Shown here: piece after piece, positions 1 to 17,100 of the stretch | How the letters are laid out: each line of letters opens with the position of its first letter | Position numbering within the stretch: position 1 is the first letter of the stretch | Assembly (NCBI GenBank): GCA_963771175.1 | Contig: CAVYSY010000039.1 | Location: 64,001 to 128,000 of the forward strand | DNA from: an uncultured delta proteobacterium | GTDB lineage: Bacteria > Myxococcota > Myxococcia > Myxococcales > Myxococcaceae | DNA: 64,000 nt | Reading direction: 5' to 3' | Position numbers and translations under genes: made by a program | Notes under the pieces: model-generated | The model's database searches: none | The model's input: the letters and a program-made list of their open reading frames with translations, nothing else | Told to the model about the DNA's origin: nothing

Positions 1-2968
1 CGTCCTCGAGGAAGGCCGGGCCCCCGAGCACCTGCCTCGCCGCGCTCAACGCCATGTCGACCATGGCCGCCGCGGGCAGCGCGGGCACTCCCTGGACGCG
101 GTGCTCCGCGAGCAGGGGGAAGTGCTTCGGCCCCATCTGCACCTGCCAGAGGTGCGCGACCTCCCCTTGCGCGGACAGGTCGATGCGCTCGCCGACGAGC
201 GGGTGTCCGGAGGTGCTCCGCGACGAACGCGCGCCACGGGAGACGGGCTCCAGCCAGAAGCGCTCGCGCTGCCAGGGATACGTGGGCAGCGCCACGAGCT
301 GTCCCTTGCCCGGATACAGCCGGTGCCACGCGACGCGGTGGCCCGAGGAATAGAGGGCGCCGAGCGAGGAAAGCATCGTGTGCCGCTCATCCTCGCCACG
401 CCGGAGGGACGCGAGCACCGTCCCCTCCTTGCCCACCCCGTTCATCGTCTGCTCGACGGCAGGGAGCAGGACGGGGTGTGGGCTCACCTCGACGAAGGTG
501 TCGTACTCACTCGCGAGGAGCCGCTGCGCCGCCGCCGCGAAGCGCACCGGGTTGCGGAGGTTGTTCCCCCAGTGGGCGGCGTCCAGCATCGCTCCATCGA
601 GGAACTCCCCCGTCACGGTGGAGCAGAGGGCAATCTCCGCGGAGCGGGGCGTGATGCGCGCGATCCGTCCTTCCAGCTCCCGGCTGATCACCTCCACCAG
701 CGGGGTGTGTGACGGCACATCCATCTTCACCCATCGGCAGAACACGCCCCGCTGCTCGAGCGCCGCGACCGCCTCCTTGACCGCCTCGGGGTCCCCCGAC
801 AGCACCTGCGAGCGGGGACCATTCAGGCCCCCGAGCCAGATCCTTCCGCTCCAGGGACGGATTGCCTCCTCGGCCTCCTCCACCGAGAGTTCGACCATGG
901 CCATCGTGGCGCCCCGCCCCCCCTGGGTGCGCATGAGCTTGCTGCGATGGCAGATGATGAGGACGGCATCCTCGAGGCTCAGCGCCCCGGCCACGTGCGC
1001 CGCGACCACCTCGCCCATGCTGTGTCCCATCACGGCGTCGGGCTCGATGCCCCACGAGCGCCACAGGGCCGTGAGGGCCACCTCGACCGCGAAGAGCACG
1101 GGCTGGTTGATGTCGATCTCGGCCAGACGCGAGCGCGACTCATCCGCGGCGATCTCGTCGAGCACGCTCCAGCCCAGATGGGGCTGCAACGCCCGGTCCA
1201 CCTTGACGAGCGTGTCGCGGAACACCGGCTCGCTCTCCATCAGCGCCCGGCCCATCCCGGCCCGCTGCGCGCCCTGCCCCGGGTAGACGAAGACGATCTT
1301 CCGGCGCACGCCGAACGCCTTGCGGCCCGCCCAGGCGTCACCCGGCAGCTCTCCTCGCGCGAACGCCCGCAGCCGCTCGGCGGTGCGCTCGCGAGAGTCC
1401 GCCAGCACCGCGAGGCGGTGTGGGTGGTGCGTGCGATGAGCGGACGCCGTGTAGCAGACGTCGGAGAGGCTCCCTCCCCCATCACGGCCGAGGCGCTCCG
1501 CGTAGCGCTCCGCGAGGGCCTGGAGCGCCTCGCGGCTGCGCGCGGACAGGGGCAGCAGCTCCGGGCGCTGCGGCAGCGAGGGCTTCACCGCGGGCGCGGG
1601 TGCCTCCTCGAGGATGACATGGGCGTTGGTCCCGCTGATTCCGAACGAGCTGACGCCCGCGCGGCGCGGCTGCCCGGAAGCCTGCCAGGGCGTGAGCCGC
1701 GTGGGGATGGTGAGCGCACTGCCCTCGAGCTGGATGCGTGGGTTGAGCTGCTTGAGGTGCAGGTGCGGCGGGATGCTCTGGTGGCGCATCGCGAGGACGA
1801 CCTTCATGAGCCCCGCCACGCCCGCGGCGGACTCCAGGTGCCCCACGTTGGTCTTCACCGAGCCGATCCCGCACACGCCACCGTCGGGGCGCGGGACGCC
1901 GTAGGTCTCGCGCAGCGCCTCCGCTTCGATCGGATCGCCGAGCGAGGTACCGGTGCCGTGCGCCTCCACGTAGCTCACCTGCTCCGCCTTCAGCCCGGCG
2001 TTCTCCAGCGCCTGGCGGATGAGCACCTGCTGCGAGAGCACGTTGGGTGCGGTCAGCCCCGTCGACTTGCCGTCCTGGTTGATCGCCGAGCCGCGGATCG
2101 TCGCCAGGATGTGATCACCGTCCGCCAGCGCATCCGAGAGGCGCTTGAGGATGATGACCCCACAACCCTCGCCGCGGGTGAAGCCATTGGCGGAGGCATC
2201 GAAGGCCTTGCTGCGGCCGTCGGGCGCGAGGGCCTGCAGCTTGGACACGAGCTGCACGGACTGCGGCGAGAGGATCAGGTTCACGCCGCCAGCGAGCGCC
2301 ATGTTGCACTCGCGGGCCCGCAGGCTCTGGCAGGCCAGATGGAGCGCGACGAGCGAGGACGAGCAGGCCGTGTCCACCACCAGGCTCGGCCCCTGCAGGT
2401 TGAAGAGATAGGACAGCCGGCCGGAGAGGACGCTCGCCGCGATGCCCGTGGCGCTGAACGCGTCCCCCGTCTCCGGGCGATCCACCTGCATGCAGTGGTA
2501 GTCGTCATTGCAGGCACCGATGAAGACGCCGCCGCGGCTGCCCGAGAGCTTCTCCACATCCAGGCCGGCATCCTCGAGTGCCTCCCATGCCACCTCGAGC
2601 AGCAGGCGCTGCTGGGGATCCATCCGCACCGCCTCGCGGGGGGAGATCCCGAAGAAGCCCGGGTCGAAGGCATCCACCGCGTCCAGGAAACCACCCCAGC
2701 GCACGGCCCCGTCACCGATGCCGGAGGCCTCCTCTGGAGACCAGCGGTCGAGGGGGATCTCCCGCACGGCGTCGACACCGTCGTGGAGCAACCGCCAGAA
2801 GGCTTCCACGTTCTCAGCCTGGGGAAAGCGGCACGCCATCCCCACGATGGCGATGGGCTCCTTCGCGGCCCCCTCCACGGCGTTCAACCGCGTCTGCATC
2901 TTCTCCAACGCCACCAGCATGCGCTTGGCGGGAGACAGCTCGCTCGACTCGTCGTTGCGGTTTGCCAT
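1..2968 (-). CDS. mxaC: Type I modular PKS subunit 4 (MxaC-like), 5' part: KS-AT-DH, runs off the window
   Basis: ATG at 2968 (MANRNDESSELSPAKRML), 1 nt after the upstream stop. KS DTACSSS, AT GHSMG...VKMDVPSHT, DH HRVQGVPALP near base 60-100. No stop in the window, so absent from the ORF track. Symbol inferred from gene order. Confidence 0.85.
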   Translation of the reverse strand, partial: MANRNDESSELSPAKRMLVALEKMQTRLNAVEGAAKEPIAIVGMACRFPQAENVEAFWRLLHDGVDAVREIPLDRWSPEEASGIGDGAVRWGGFLDAVDAFDPGFFGISPREAVRMDPQQRLLLEVAWEALEDAGLDVEKLSGSRGGVFIGACNDDYHCMQVDRPETGDAFSATGIAASVLSGRLSYLFNLQGPSLVVDTACSSSLVALHLACQSLRARECNMALAGGVNLILSPQSVQLVSKLQALAPDGRSKAFDASANGFTRGEGCGVIILKRLSDALADGDHILATIRGSAINQDGKSTGLTAPNVLSQQVLIRQALENAGLKAEQVSYVEAHGTGTSLGDPIEAEALRETYGVPRPDGGVCGIGSVKTNVGHLESAAGVAGLMKVVLAMRHQSIPPHLHLKQLNPRIQLEGSALTIPTRLTPWQASGQPRRAGVSSFGISGTNAHVILEEAPAPAVKPSLPQRPELLPLSARSREALQALAERYAERLGRDGGGSLSDVCYTASAHRTHHPHRLAVLADSRERTAERLRAFARGELPGDAWAGRKAFGVRRKIVFVYPGQGAQRAGMGRALMESEPVFRDTLVKVDRALQPHLGWSVLDEIAADESRSRLAEIDINQPVLFAVEVALTALWRSWGIEPDAVMGHSMGEVVAAHVAGALSLEDAVLIICHRSKLMRTQGGRGATMAMVELSVEEAEEAIRPWSGRIWLGGLNGPRSQVLSGDPEAVKEAVAALEQRGVFCRWVKMDVPSHTPLVEVISRELEGRIARITPRSAEIALCSTVTGEFLDGAMLDAAHWGNNLRNPVRFAAAAQRLLASEYDTFVEVSPHPVLLPAVEQTMNGVGKEGTVLASLRRGEDERHTMLSSLGALYSSGHRVAWHRLYPGKGQLVALPTYPWQRERFWLEPVSRGARSSRSTSGHPLVGERIDLSAQGEVAHLWQVQMGPKHFPLLAEHRVQGVPALPAAAMVDMALSAARQVLGGPAFLED

Positions 2969-2969
2969 G

Positions 2970-8555
<5,586 letters not shown>

Positions 8556-8571
8556 CGCTGTCGTGCCCGAT

Positions 8572-11500
8572 TCAGCTCAGCTTCTGTGCAATCAACCGCT
8601 CGACCTCTTCGTCGGACAGCTCCGTCACCTGCGACAGGCGCTCGGCGAGATCGCCGATCTCCGCCTGCGCGGCCCGCGGCCGTGACTCCTGATCCGCCGC
8701 CGCGGTGGGCAGTGGGATCTCCACCGCGGTGACACTCCCGGCCAGACGCTTCGCCAGCGCGAGGACCGTGGGGTGATCGAACGCGAGGCTCGCGGGCAGC
8801 TCCTTGTCGAGCCCCCGCTGCAGCGCGTTGCGCAGTTCCACGGACATCAGCGAGGTCATGCCCATCTGGAAGAAACCCCGCTCCATGGGCGGCAGCTCGG
8901 AGGAAGGGAACCCGAGGATCCGCCCCACCTCACCCTGGATGCGCTGCACCAGCGTGTCGAAGCGGCGGGCCGGCGGCAGCGACTCGAGCTCCGTGAGCCA
9001 CCGCGCCCGCGAGGACGTCGCGCCCGGCGTTGGCGAGGACTCGCCCACCTGCCGCAGGAAGGGCCGGCGCCGCCGTGCCTCCCAGATCGGCTTCAACGCC
9101 GACCAGTTCACGGACGCGACGGTCTTGTGGCTCACCCCCGCCCGCAGCACCTGGCCCATCGCCTCGAGCGCCCGCTCCGACGACATGGGATTCATTCCGA
9201 AACGCGCGAAGTCCCGCTCGCCCTCGGCACGCTCCCCGCCAATCTCATCCCACGTCCCCCAGTGGATGGTGGTGGCGGGCAGCCCCATGGCCCGGCGGTG
9301 GTGAGCGAGCGCCTCGAGGAACTGGTTCCCCGCGGCGTAGTGCGCCAGACCCGAGGCGCCCCACAGGGTCGACGTCGACGAGAACATCACGAAGAAGTCG
9401 AGGCCGAGCTCGCGCGTCAGCTCGTGCAGCACCCAGGAGCCGAGCACCTTCGGGCGCAGCATCTTCGTCATCGTCGCGAGGTCCATGTCCTCCAGGCGGC
9501 ACTCCGTCAGGAGCGCGGCGGCGTGGATTACCCCTCGCAACGGGGGGAGCGTCGCGGCCGTCTCGCGCAGGAGCTCCGCCATCCTCGCGCGATCCGCCAC
9601 GTCGGCGGCCAGCGTGGTGACGGACGCACCGAGCGCGCGGAGCGACTCGAGTCCCTCGCGGCGCCGCGCCGAAGCCTCATCCCCCACGTTGGAGACGCCA
9701 CTCCGGCCCAGCAGCACGAGGTGCCGCGCGCCCCGCTCCACCAGCCACCGCGCCACCTTCAGGCCCAGCCCTCCCAACCCGCCGGTGACGAGGTAGGCCG
9801 CGTCCGAGCGCAGGCGCAGCGGCTCCGCCGGCGCATTCACACGCCCCCGGACGATACGGGGCACGAGCGGGCGCTTCTCGCGGAACGCGATCTGATCCTC
9901 ACCATCCCCGCCGGACGCGGAGATCTCACGGAGCACCGCGGAGCTCTCATCGGGAACACCACTCGGATCCAGGTCGATGAGGCCTCCCCACACGTCCGGC
10001 TGCTCGAGGGACACGCCCCGACCCAGGCCCCAGAGCGGCGCCTGCGCCAACGACACGCGCTCGGCCCCCGAGCCGGTGACCTGGGCACCCCGGGTCACCA
10101 CCCAGAGCCGCGCACGCCCGGGTAGGCCCATGAGGGCCTTCACCAGATGCAGCACGGACACGGAGGACTCCGGCGTGCCCCCCTGCTCGTCGAGCACCGC
10201 ATCGAGGCCCCACAGGTAGACGGCACGGCCCTCGTGCCCCGGCGGCAGTGCCGGCAACTCACGCAGCAGGCGCTCCATGTCCTCGGGCCGCTTCGGGTTC
10301 ACCACGAAGCGCCGCGCGTCCAGCCGCTGGAAGGACTCCCCCTCCATCACGGTGACGCACGGGTGACCCTGACGGCCAATCGCCTCCACGAGCGCCGTGC
10401 CCCACCCTCCCCGATCGAGGAACACGATCCAATCCGCGGGCCCCGGCTGGGCCGCTCCAACGGGCCTGGCCTCCCATGTCACGTCATGGAACCAGTCCTG
10501 CGAACGAGCCTCGCCCAGCACATCGAGGAGCCGCTCGGCCGCGACACGACGCAGTCGCACACCCCGCGCCACGGCCACCCCGCGGCCCTCCCCATCCAGC
10601 AACTCCAGCGTGCCCACCCGCTCCTCCGGGCTGGCGGCGGGCGCGATCGACACGTGGGCCCACTTCACGTCGGCACGGCCCGGAACGCACTCGATCGCCT
10701 CGATGCTCAGGGGCATGAACAGCGCGGCCCCCTCCGCCTCCGCCGCGATCGCGAGCGCCAGGGTCTGCAGCCCCGCGTCCAGCAGGGCCGGGTGGAGCTG
10801 GTAGCGCGCCGACTCCTGGACGAGCTCCGGCCCGAGCGCGACGCGCCCGAGCGCCTCGCCCGGCCGCCTCCAGACCTCGCCGAGCGTCCGCAACGGAGCC
10901 TCGTACTGCACGTTGCGGCGTTCGAGCTCCTCGTAGATGGCCGGACCCGACACCTGCTGCGCGCAACGCGAGCGCACCGCATCGATGACCACCGAGGTGC
11001 CCGAAAGCGCACCCATGGTCCGCAACTGGCCTCGGCAGTGCCTCACCCACCCCGCCTCGCGCGCCGCTCCACCCGCCGCTCGGCTGTAGATGTGGAACAC
11101 GTGCCCTCCACCGGAGGCCGGCGAGACGTGCACCTGCACCACGCGCCGCTCCGCCTCCGGCAACACCAGCGCGCGCTCGAACTCCACGTCCGAAAGCTCG
11201 CGAGGCCCAGTCCCCAGGGCCTCGGCCGCGGCGCTCAGCCCGAGCTCGACCAGGGCCGAGGCCGGAACCACCGCGATGCCTCCCAACCGGTGCGCGCCGA
11301 GCCACGGTAGCGAGGTACTGCTCAGCTCCAGCTCGAAGATCTCACCATCGAGCCCATGCGCCACGCTCACCGGCCGGCCACGCAGGGACGTCACAGGCTC
11401 GGCGGCGGGAAGCACGGGCGACACCGTCCCGTCGATCCAGAACCGCTTGTGCTGCCAGGGATACGTCGGCAGCGGCACCATGCGCCCGCCCTCCGGGAAG

Positions 11501-14157
11501 AGCCGGGTCCACTCCACGGGCCAGGCCGCGCGGTACAGCGCGCCGAAGGACTCCAGCATCACCGCCCGCTCGGACTCCTCGCGTCGCAGGGACGGGAGCG
11601 TCATGCCCTCGCTGCCCGCGTGCTGCATGCACCGCTCGACGGCGGGCAGCAGGATCGGGTGCGGGCTGATCTCCATGAAGACCGTGTGCCCGCCCTGGAT
11701 GAGCTCGAGCACGGCCGGGGAGAACAGCACCGGATCGCGCAGGTTGCGAACCCAGTACGCGGCATCGAAGCCGGAGCCGTCACAGGCGGATGCGGTCACG
11801 GTCGAGACGATCGGCACGGAGGAGGAGCGCGGCCGCACCGAGGAGAGCGCGGCGAGCAGATCGCCGCGCAGCGGATCGACCTGCGGGCTATGCGATGCCA
11901 CGTCGACCTTCACCCACCGGCAGAACACATTGCGGGCCTCGAGCGAGCCACGGATCTCCTCGAGCGCCGCGGCATCTCCGGACAGCACCGTCGAGGTCGG
12001 GCTGTTGCTCACCGCGATCGCGACACGCTCCTCGCGCCCCACGAGGGCCTTCTTCGCCTCCGCCAGGGACAGCTCCGTCGCCAGCATCGCGCCCTGGCCA
12101 CTGATGCGCCTGAGCAGCTGGCTCCTGAGGCAGATGATGGCCGCCGCATCCTCCAGGCTGAGCGCGCCCGCCACGTGCGCCGCGGCCACCTCGCCCATGC
12201 TGTGTCCCACCACCGCGTCGGGCTCGATCCCCCAGGAGCGCCAGAGCGCCGAGAGCGCCACGGCCATGGCGAACAGGACCGGCTGCACGACGTCGATCTC
12301 CTGGAACCGCGACGACTCGGACGGTGCCCGGAGCACGTCGAGCAGCCGCCACGTCACGTGGGGCCGCATGGCCTCGTCGATGCGCTCGAGGGCCTCGCGG
12401 AAGACCGGCTCCTGCTCGAGGAGCTGCCGCCCCATGCCGGGCCACTGCGAGCCCTGGCCCGGGAACACGAAGACCACCTTGCGCCGCTCGTCCGCGCCCT
12501 TCCGGGCCGGAGCGGGCCCTCCGGCGGCGAGCTCCCGGAGCTTCTCGGCGACGACGGCCGGGGACTCTCCCGCGACGGCCAGGCGGTACTCATGGTGCGT
12601 CCGCCGAAGCGCCGCCGTGTAGCAGACCTCCCGGAGCGACACTTCCGGCGACGACACGAGGTGCTCCGCGTACTTCAGGGCCAGCTCCTGGAGCGCGGAG
12701 GGAGAGCGTGCCGACAGTGGAAGCAGGTGCACACCGGGCGCGTGGGCGACCGGCGCCGCCTGAGCCGCGGGCGGCTCCTCGAGAATCACATGCGCGTTCG
12801 TCCCACTGATACCGAACGAGCTGACCGCGCCACGGCGCTTCCTGTCCTCCCGCGCCGGCCAGGCGTGAAGTGCCGTCGGGAGGGTGATGGGCGCGCCTCC
12901 GAGATCGATCCGCGGGTTGAGCCGCTGGAAATGCGCGAGCGGGGGAACGGCCTGGTTCCTCAGGGAGAGGACCATCTTGATGATGCCCGCGATTCCCGCG
13001 GCCGACTCGAGGTGGCCGATGTTGGTCTTCGCCGCGCCCACGACGAGCGGTTGCTGTTCGGAGCGCCCGCTGCCGTAGACCTCCTGGAGCGCCTCCATCT
13101 CGATGGGGTCCCCCAGCGAGGTCCCGGTCCCATGCGCCTCGATACAGTCGATATCCGAGGGCTCGAGGTCCGCGCTCCGCAGCGCCTGACGAATGAGTGC
13201 CTTCTGGGCGAGCACGTTGGGCGCGGTCAGCCCCGCCGACTTGCCGTCCTGGTTGACGGCCGAGCCCCGCACGAGCGCGAGGATGGGGTCCCCCGCCGCG
13301 AGCGCGTCGGACAGGCGCTTGAGGACGACGACGCCGCAGCCCTCACCGCGCACGAAGCCGTTGGCGCGCGCATCGAAGGTCTTGCAACGCCCATCCGGCG
13401 CGAGCGCCTGGGCCCGCGACACCCTGCTCGAGGAGTGCGGCGAGAGGATGAGATTGACGCCGCACGCCAGCGCCATCGAGCACTCCTGGTTGCGAAGGCT
13501 CTGGGAGGCCAGGTGCAGCGCCACCAGCGAGGACGAGCACGCGGTGTCCACGACCAGGCAGGGCCCCTGGAAGTCCAGGAGGTACGACAGGCGCCCCGAC
13601 ACCACGCAGTTGAGCGTCCCCGTCACGCTGCTCGCGTCCCGGGCGGAGGGATTGCCCATCTGCAGCAGCGCGTAGTCATCGCTGTACAGCCCCACGAACA
13701 CGCCAGTGCGGCTGCCCGCGAGCCGCGTCATGTCCTGCCCGGCGCGCTCCAGCGCCTCCCACGCCACCTCGAGCAGGATGCGCTGCTGCGGATCCATCCG
13801 GTGCGCCTCGCGCGGCGAGATCCCGAAGAAGTCCGCGTCGAACCGGTCCACCTGGTCGATGAAGGCCCCCCACCGCGCCCCCAGCTTCTCCAGTGCCTCG
13901 GGGTCCAGCCGCGCCATCTCCTCACGGGTCCATCGCGAGGAAGGCACCTCGGTGACGGCATCCACGCCGTTGCACAGGAGGTTCCAGTACGACTCCGGAT
14001 CGGTCCCACCGCCGGGGAAGCGACACCCCATCCCGATGATCGCCACCGGCTCCGAGCGCGCGCCCTCCGCCGCGTCGAGCCGGGACTTGAGATCCATCGC
14101 GAGGAGCGCCAACCGCTTCGGGGAGTACTGCGCGATCTTTTCGGCGAAGCTCGTCAT
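8572..14157 (-). CDS. mxaE: Type I PKS subunit 2 (MxaE-like), KS-AT(methylmalonyl)-DH(degenerate)-KR(A-type)-ACP, 1861 aa
   Basis: Intact ORF. DTACSSS, GHSMG, VASHS; KR lacks LDD (LLTEC) and has W upstream of the catalytic Y; ACP MGMTSL. ATGA overlap with the upstream gene's stop. Confidence 0.9.
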   Translation of the reverse strand: MTSFAEKIAQYSPKRLALLAMDLKSRLDAAEGARSEPVAIIGMGCRFPGGGTDPESYWNLLCNGVDAVTEVPSSRWTREEMARLDPEALEKLGARWGAFIDQVDRFDADFFGISPREAHRMDPQQRILLEVAWEALERAGQDMTRLAGSRTGVFVGLYSDDYALLQMGNPSARDASSVTGTLNCVVSGRLSYLLDFQGPCLVVDTACSSSLVALHLASQSLRNQECSMALACGVNLILSPHSSSRVSRAQALAPDGRCKTFDARANGFVRGEGCGVVVLKRLSDALAAGDPILALVRGSAVNQDGKSAGLTAPNVLAQKALIRQALRSADLEPSDIDCIEAHGTGTSLGDPIEMEALQEVYGSGRSEQQPLVVGAAKTNIGHLESAAGIAGIIKMVLSLRNQAVPPLAHFQRLNPRIDLGGAPITLPTALHAWPAREDRKRRGAVSSFGISGTNAHVILEEPPAAQAAPVAHAPGVHLLPLSARSPSALQELALKYAEHLVSSPEVSLREVCYTAALRRTHHEYRLAVAGESPAVVAEKLRELAAGGPAPARKGADERRKVVFVFPGQGSQWPGMGRQLLEQEPVFREALERIDEAMRPHVTWRLLDVLRAPSESSRFQEIDVVQPVLFAMAVALSALWRSWGIEPDAVVGHSMGEVAAAHVAGALSLEDAAAIICLRSQLLRRISGQGAMLATELSLAEAKKALVGREERVAIAVSNSPTSTVLSGDAAALEEIRGSLEARNVFCRWVKVDVASHSPQVDPLRGDLLAALSSVRPRSSSVPIVSTVTASACDGSGFDAAYWVRNLRDPVLFSPAVLELIQGGHTVFMEISPHPILLPAVERCMQHAGSEGMTLPSLRREESERAVMLESFGALYRAAWPVEWTRLFPEGGRMVPLPTYPWQHKRFWIDGTVSPVLPAAEPVTSLRGRPVSVAHGLDGEIFELELSSTSLPWLGAHRLGGIAVVPASALVELGLSAAAEALGTGPRELSDVEFERALVLPEAERRVVQVHVSPASGGGHVFHIYSRAAGGAAREAGWVRHCRGQLRTMGALSGTSVVIDAVRSRCAQQVSGPAIYEELERRNVQYEAPLRTLGEVWRRPGEALGRVALGPELVQESARYQLHPALLDAGLQTLALAIAAEAEGAALFMPLSIEAIECVPGRADVKWAHVSIAPAASPEERVGTLELLDGEGRGVAVARGVRLRRVAAERLLDVLGEARSQDWFHDVTWEARPVGAAQPGPADWIVFLDRGGWGTALVEAIGRQGHPCVTVMEGESFQRLDARRFVVNPKRPEDMERLLRELPALPPGHEGRAVYLWGLDAVLDEQGGTPESSVSVLHLVKALMGLPGRARLWVVTRGAQVTGSGAERVSLAQAPLWGLGRGVSLEQPDVWGGLIDLDPSGVPDESSAVLREISASGGDGEDQIAFREKRPLVPRIVRGRVNAPAEPLRLRSDAAYLVTGGLGGLGLKVARWLVERGARHLVLLGRSGVSNVGDEASARRREGLESLRALGASVTTLAADVADRARMAELLRETAATLPPLRGVIHAAALLTECRLEDMDLATMTKMLRPKVLGSWVLHELTRELGLDFFVMFSSTSTLWGASGLAHYAAGNQFLEALAHHRRAMGLPATTIHWGTWDEIGGERAEGERDFARFGMNPMSSERALEAMGQVLRAGVSHKTVASVNWSALKPIWEARRRRPFLRQVGESSPTPGATSSRARWLTELESLPPARRFDTLVQRIQGEVGRILGFPSSELPPMERGFFQMGMTSLMSVELRNALQRGLDKELPASLAFDHPTVLALAKRLAGSVTAVEIPLPTAAADQESRPRAAQAEIGDLAERLSQVTELSDEEVERLIAQKLS

Positions 14158-17100
14158 TTGCCCTGAGCCATCCTCTGAGCGAACAGTCGCTCGACTTCTT
14201 CTTCCGACATCTCGTCGATCTCACTGCCCGGCTCGGCGCTCGGCGGAGCCGGTGAAGGAGCCACCGCGGCCTGAGGCTCACTGCCCTTGTCCTCGAGCGG
14301 GAGCCCCAACTTCTCCGCCAGGAACGGAGTGAGCGCGGCAAGGGTCGGGTAGGTCCAGACCAGCGTCGCGCTGAGCTTCAGACCCAGCGCCGCCTCCAGG
14401 CGGTTGCGGATCTCCATGCTCATCAGCGAGTCGAGGCCAAGGCTCCCCAGCGGAGTGCGTGGCTCGATGCGCGCCGGCTCCATCCTCAGTACTCCGCCGA
14501 TCTGCTCGCGCAGGTGATGCTCGAGCAGGGCACGGCGCTCGGAGCCGCGGGCGGCTTCGAGCTGCTCGCGGATCCGGCTCCGCCCCAGCTCCACGGCGGG
14601 CTTGCCGGTCCGCTCCTGAGACAGACGCGTGAAGAAAGGCGACTGGGCCGCGGCCAGATAGAACCCCAGCCACTGCCTCGGCTCGAGCGCCATCACGCCC
14701 ACCTGCGGACGGCCCTGCCCCAGCAGCATACCGAGCGCCACGAGGGCCTTGTCTGGAGGCATCCCACGCAGGCCACGCGCCTCGAGGCGCTCTCCGCGGT
14801 TGGCCTGCGCCGCCGCGAGGCCGACGTTCGTCCAGGTGCCCCAGTTGATACTCAGCGCGGGCAGGCCCTCCGCCCTGCGGGCATGGGCCAGCGCATCCAT
14901 GAACGCGTTGGCCGCGGAGTAGTTCGCCTGACCCGGAGTGCCCAACAGGGAGGTCGCGCTGGAGAAGAGCACGAAGAGCTCCAGCGGCAGATGACGCGTC
15001 TGAGCGTGGAGGTTCCAGGTGCCCAGGACCTTGGGCGCCATCACTGAGGCGAAGCGCTCCTCCGTGAGGTTGACCAGCAGGCCGTCCTCGAGGAGGCCCG
15101 CCGCGTGGAAGACACCGCGCAGCGGCGGCATCGCTTCGTCCACCCGGGCCAGCGCTCGCGCCACGTCCCCTGGGAGCGCGACATCCGCCTGGAAGGGCTC
15201 CACGTGAGCGCCCGCCTGGCGCAGCTCCGCGAGCGTGCGCTCGGCCTCCGCCGATGGGGCGCGGCGCCCCAGCAGGAGCAGGTGACGCGCCCCATGGGTG
15301 ACGAGCCAGCGTGCCACCTCGAGGCCCAATCCGCCGAGCCCCCCCGTGATGAGGTAGGTGCCGTCGGCGCGGAGGAACGTCGCCGGCTCCCTGGCGACCA
15401 GCGCGTCCGCCGCCCGCGAGAGCCGCGCCACGAGCCGCGTGCCACCGCGCCATGCGACTTGATCCTCGAATGCCGTGGAAGACAGCTCCCGGAGCAGCGC
15501 GTTGGCGCACTCGTCCGCGCCTCCCTCGAGATCCACGCGTGTGCATCGCAGCTCGGGCTGCTCCAGGGCCAGCACCTGCCCCAGACCCCAGAGCGGAGCC
15601 TGTGCCACATTGACCCGCTCCGGCTCCTTGCCGACGGAGCGCGCGCCGCGCGTGGCCAGCCAGAGCCGGGGTGGATCTCTCCAACTGGTCTGGGAGAGCG
15701 CCTGCACCAGGTGCAGCACGCTGGTGATACTGAGCCGCCGCGCGGACTCCAGCGTCGACGGCGTGAGCGCGTCATTCGAGGCGCAATCGAGGCTCCACAG
15801 GTGCACCACTCCGCGGCAGGGTGGCGCCCCCGCCCCCAGTGCGTCCCCGAGCCGGTACGTCTCGCCCGGGGATACGAGCACGCAGGTCTCGCCACGCGCC
15901 CGCAGCAACGCGGACAGCCGCTGACCCACGCCACCGCTATCGCCGAGAATCAACCAACTCCCCGGTGAGCGCGCTGGCCACGGCAGCTCCGCCGGCAGCG
16001 ACTGCGACTCCCAGTCCACCTGGTAGGTCCACTCGCCGAGCTCCTTGCGTACCGCGGCGCCCGCCTCGAGCCGATAGACACGCAGCCCCTCGAGCTCCAT
16101 CAGCACGTGGCCCTGGTCATCCAGGAGCCGGATGTCGAAGGCGTGCTCCCGCTCGCTCGCGGACGCATCACCCAGGGCCTTCACCCACACCCAGGCCGCG
16201 CGCCCGGGCCGCTGGAAGAGCCGCATCCGCCCGAACCCCACCGGCACATGGGTCCCCACCGTTGCCGGTGCCGCTTCCGCCGGAGAGACCAGCTCCACCG
16301 CGACCTGAAGACAGGCATCCAGCAGCGAGGGATGGAGTCGATACGCCTCACTCCCGGAGGACACCTGCTCGGGGAGCTCCAGGCTAGCCAACCCCTCGCG
16401 CTCGCTCCGCCAGAGCTGTCGCAGCGACTGGAACGCGGGGCCGTACGCGAGGCCCTGCTCCTGCCTGCGCTGGTAATGCGCCTCGGAGGAGACCGCCACC
16501 TCCAGGCGCTCCCGCAGCAACTCGGGCGGCTCCGCGGTGAGCTCCAGGGCGGCGCCATCCTCCCGGCGCAGGCTCCCCGCCGCGTGCTTGCGCCACGTCT
16601 TGTCTCCCGCGGCACGGCTGGAGATCTGGAAGGAGGCCCGACCCGCGCCCTCCTCGCTCAGCACCACCTGCGCGAGCCGCTCCCCTTCCGGCTCGATCGC
16701 GAGCATCTCGCTGATCGACACGTTCTCGAGCACGAGCCCCGACTCACCCAGCACCTCCGCTCCGGCGGAGAGAGCCATCTCCACGTATCCCGCGCCCGGG
16801 AAGACGATCTCACCCCACACGCAGTGGTCGGAGAGGTACGGGAACGCTTCCGTGCTCACGGCCCGCTCCCAGAAGTGGGTGCCGGGCTGCACGGACGAGG
16901 AGAGCGAGCCTCCGAGAAGGGGATGCCCCGGACCGCCCTCACGCGCGGCGCTCACGTGCCGTGAAGCAGCCTCCGCCTCGTCCACGAGCCAATACCGCTC
17001 CCGCTGCCACGGGTACATGGGCAGCGCGACGACACGACCCCCCGAGGGGTGCAGCTTCTTCCAGTCGACGGAGCCACCCCGCGCGTACAGCGCCGCGAGT

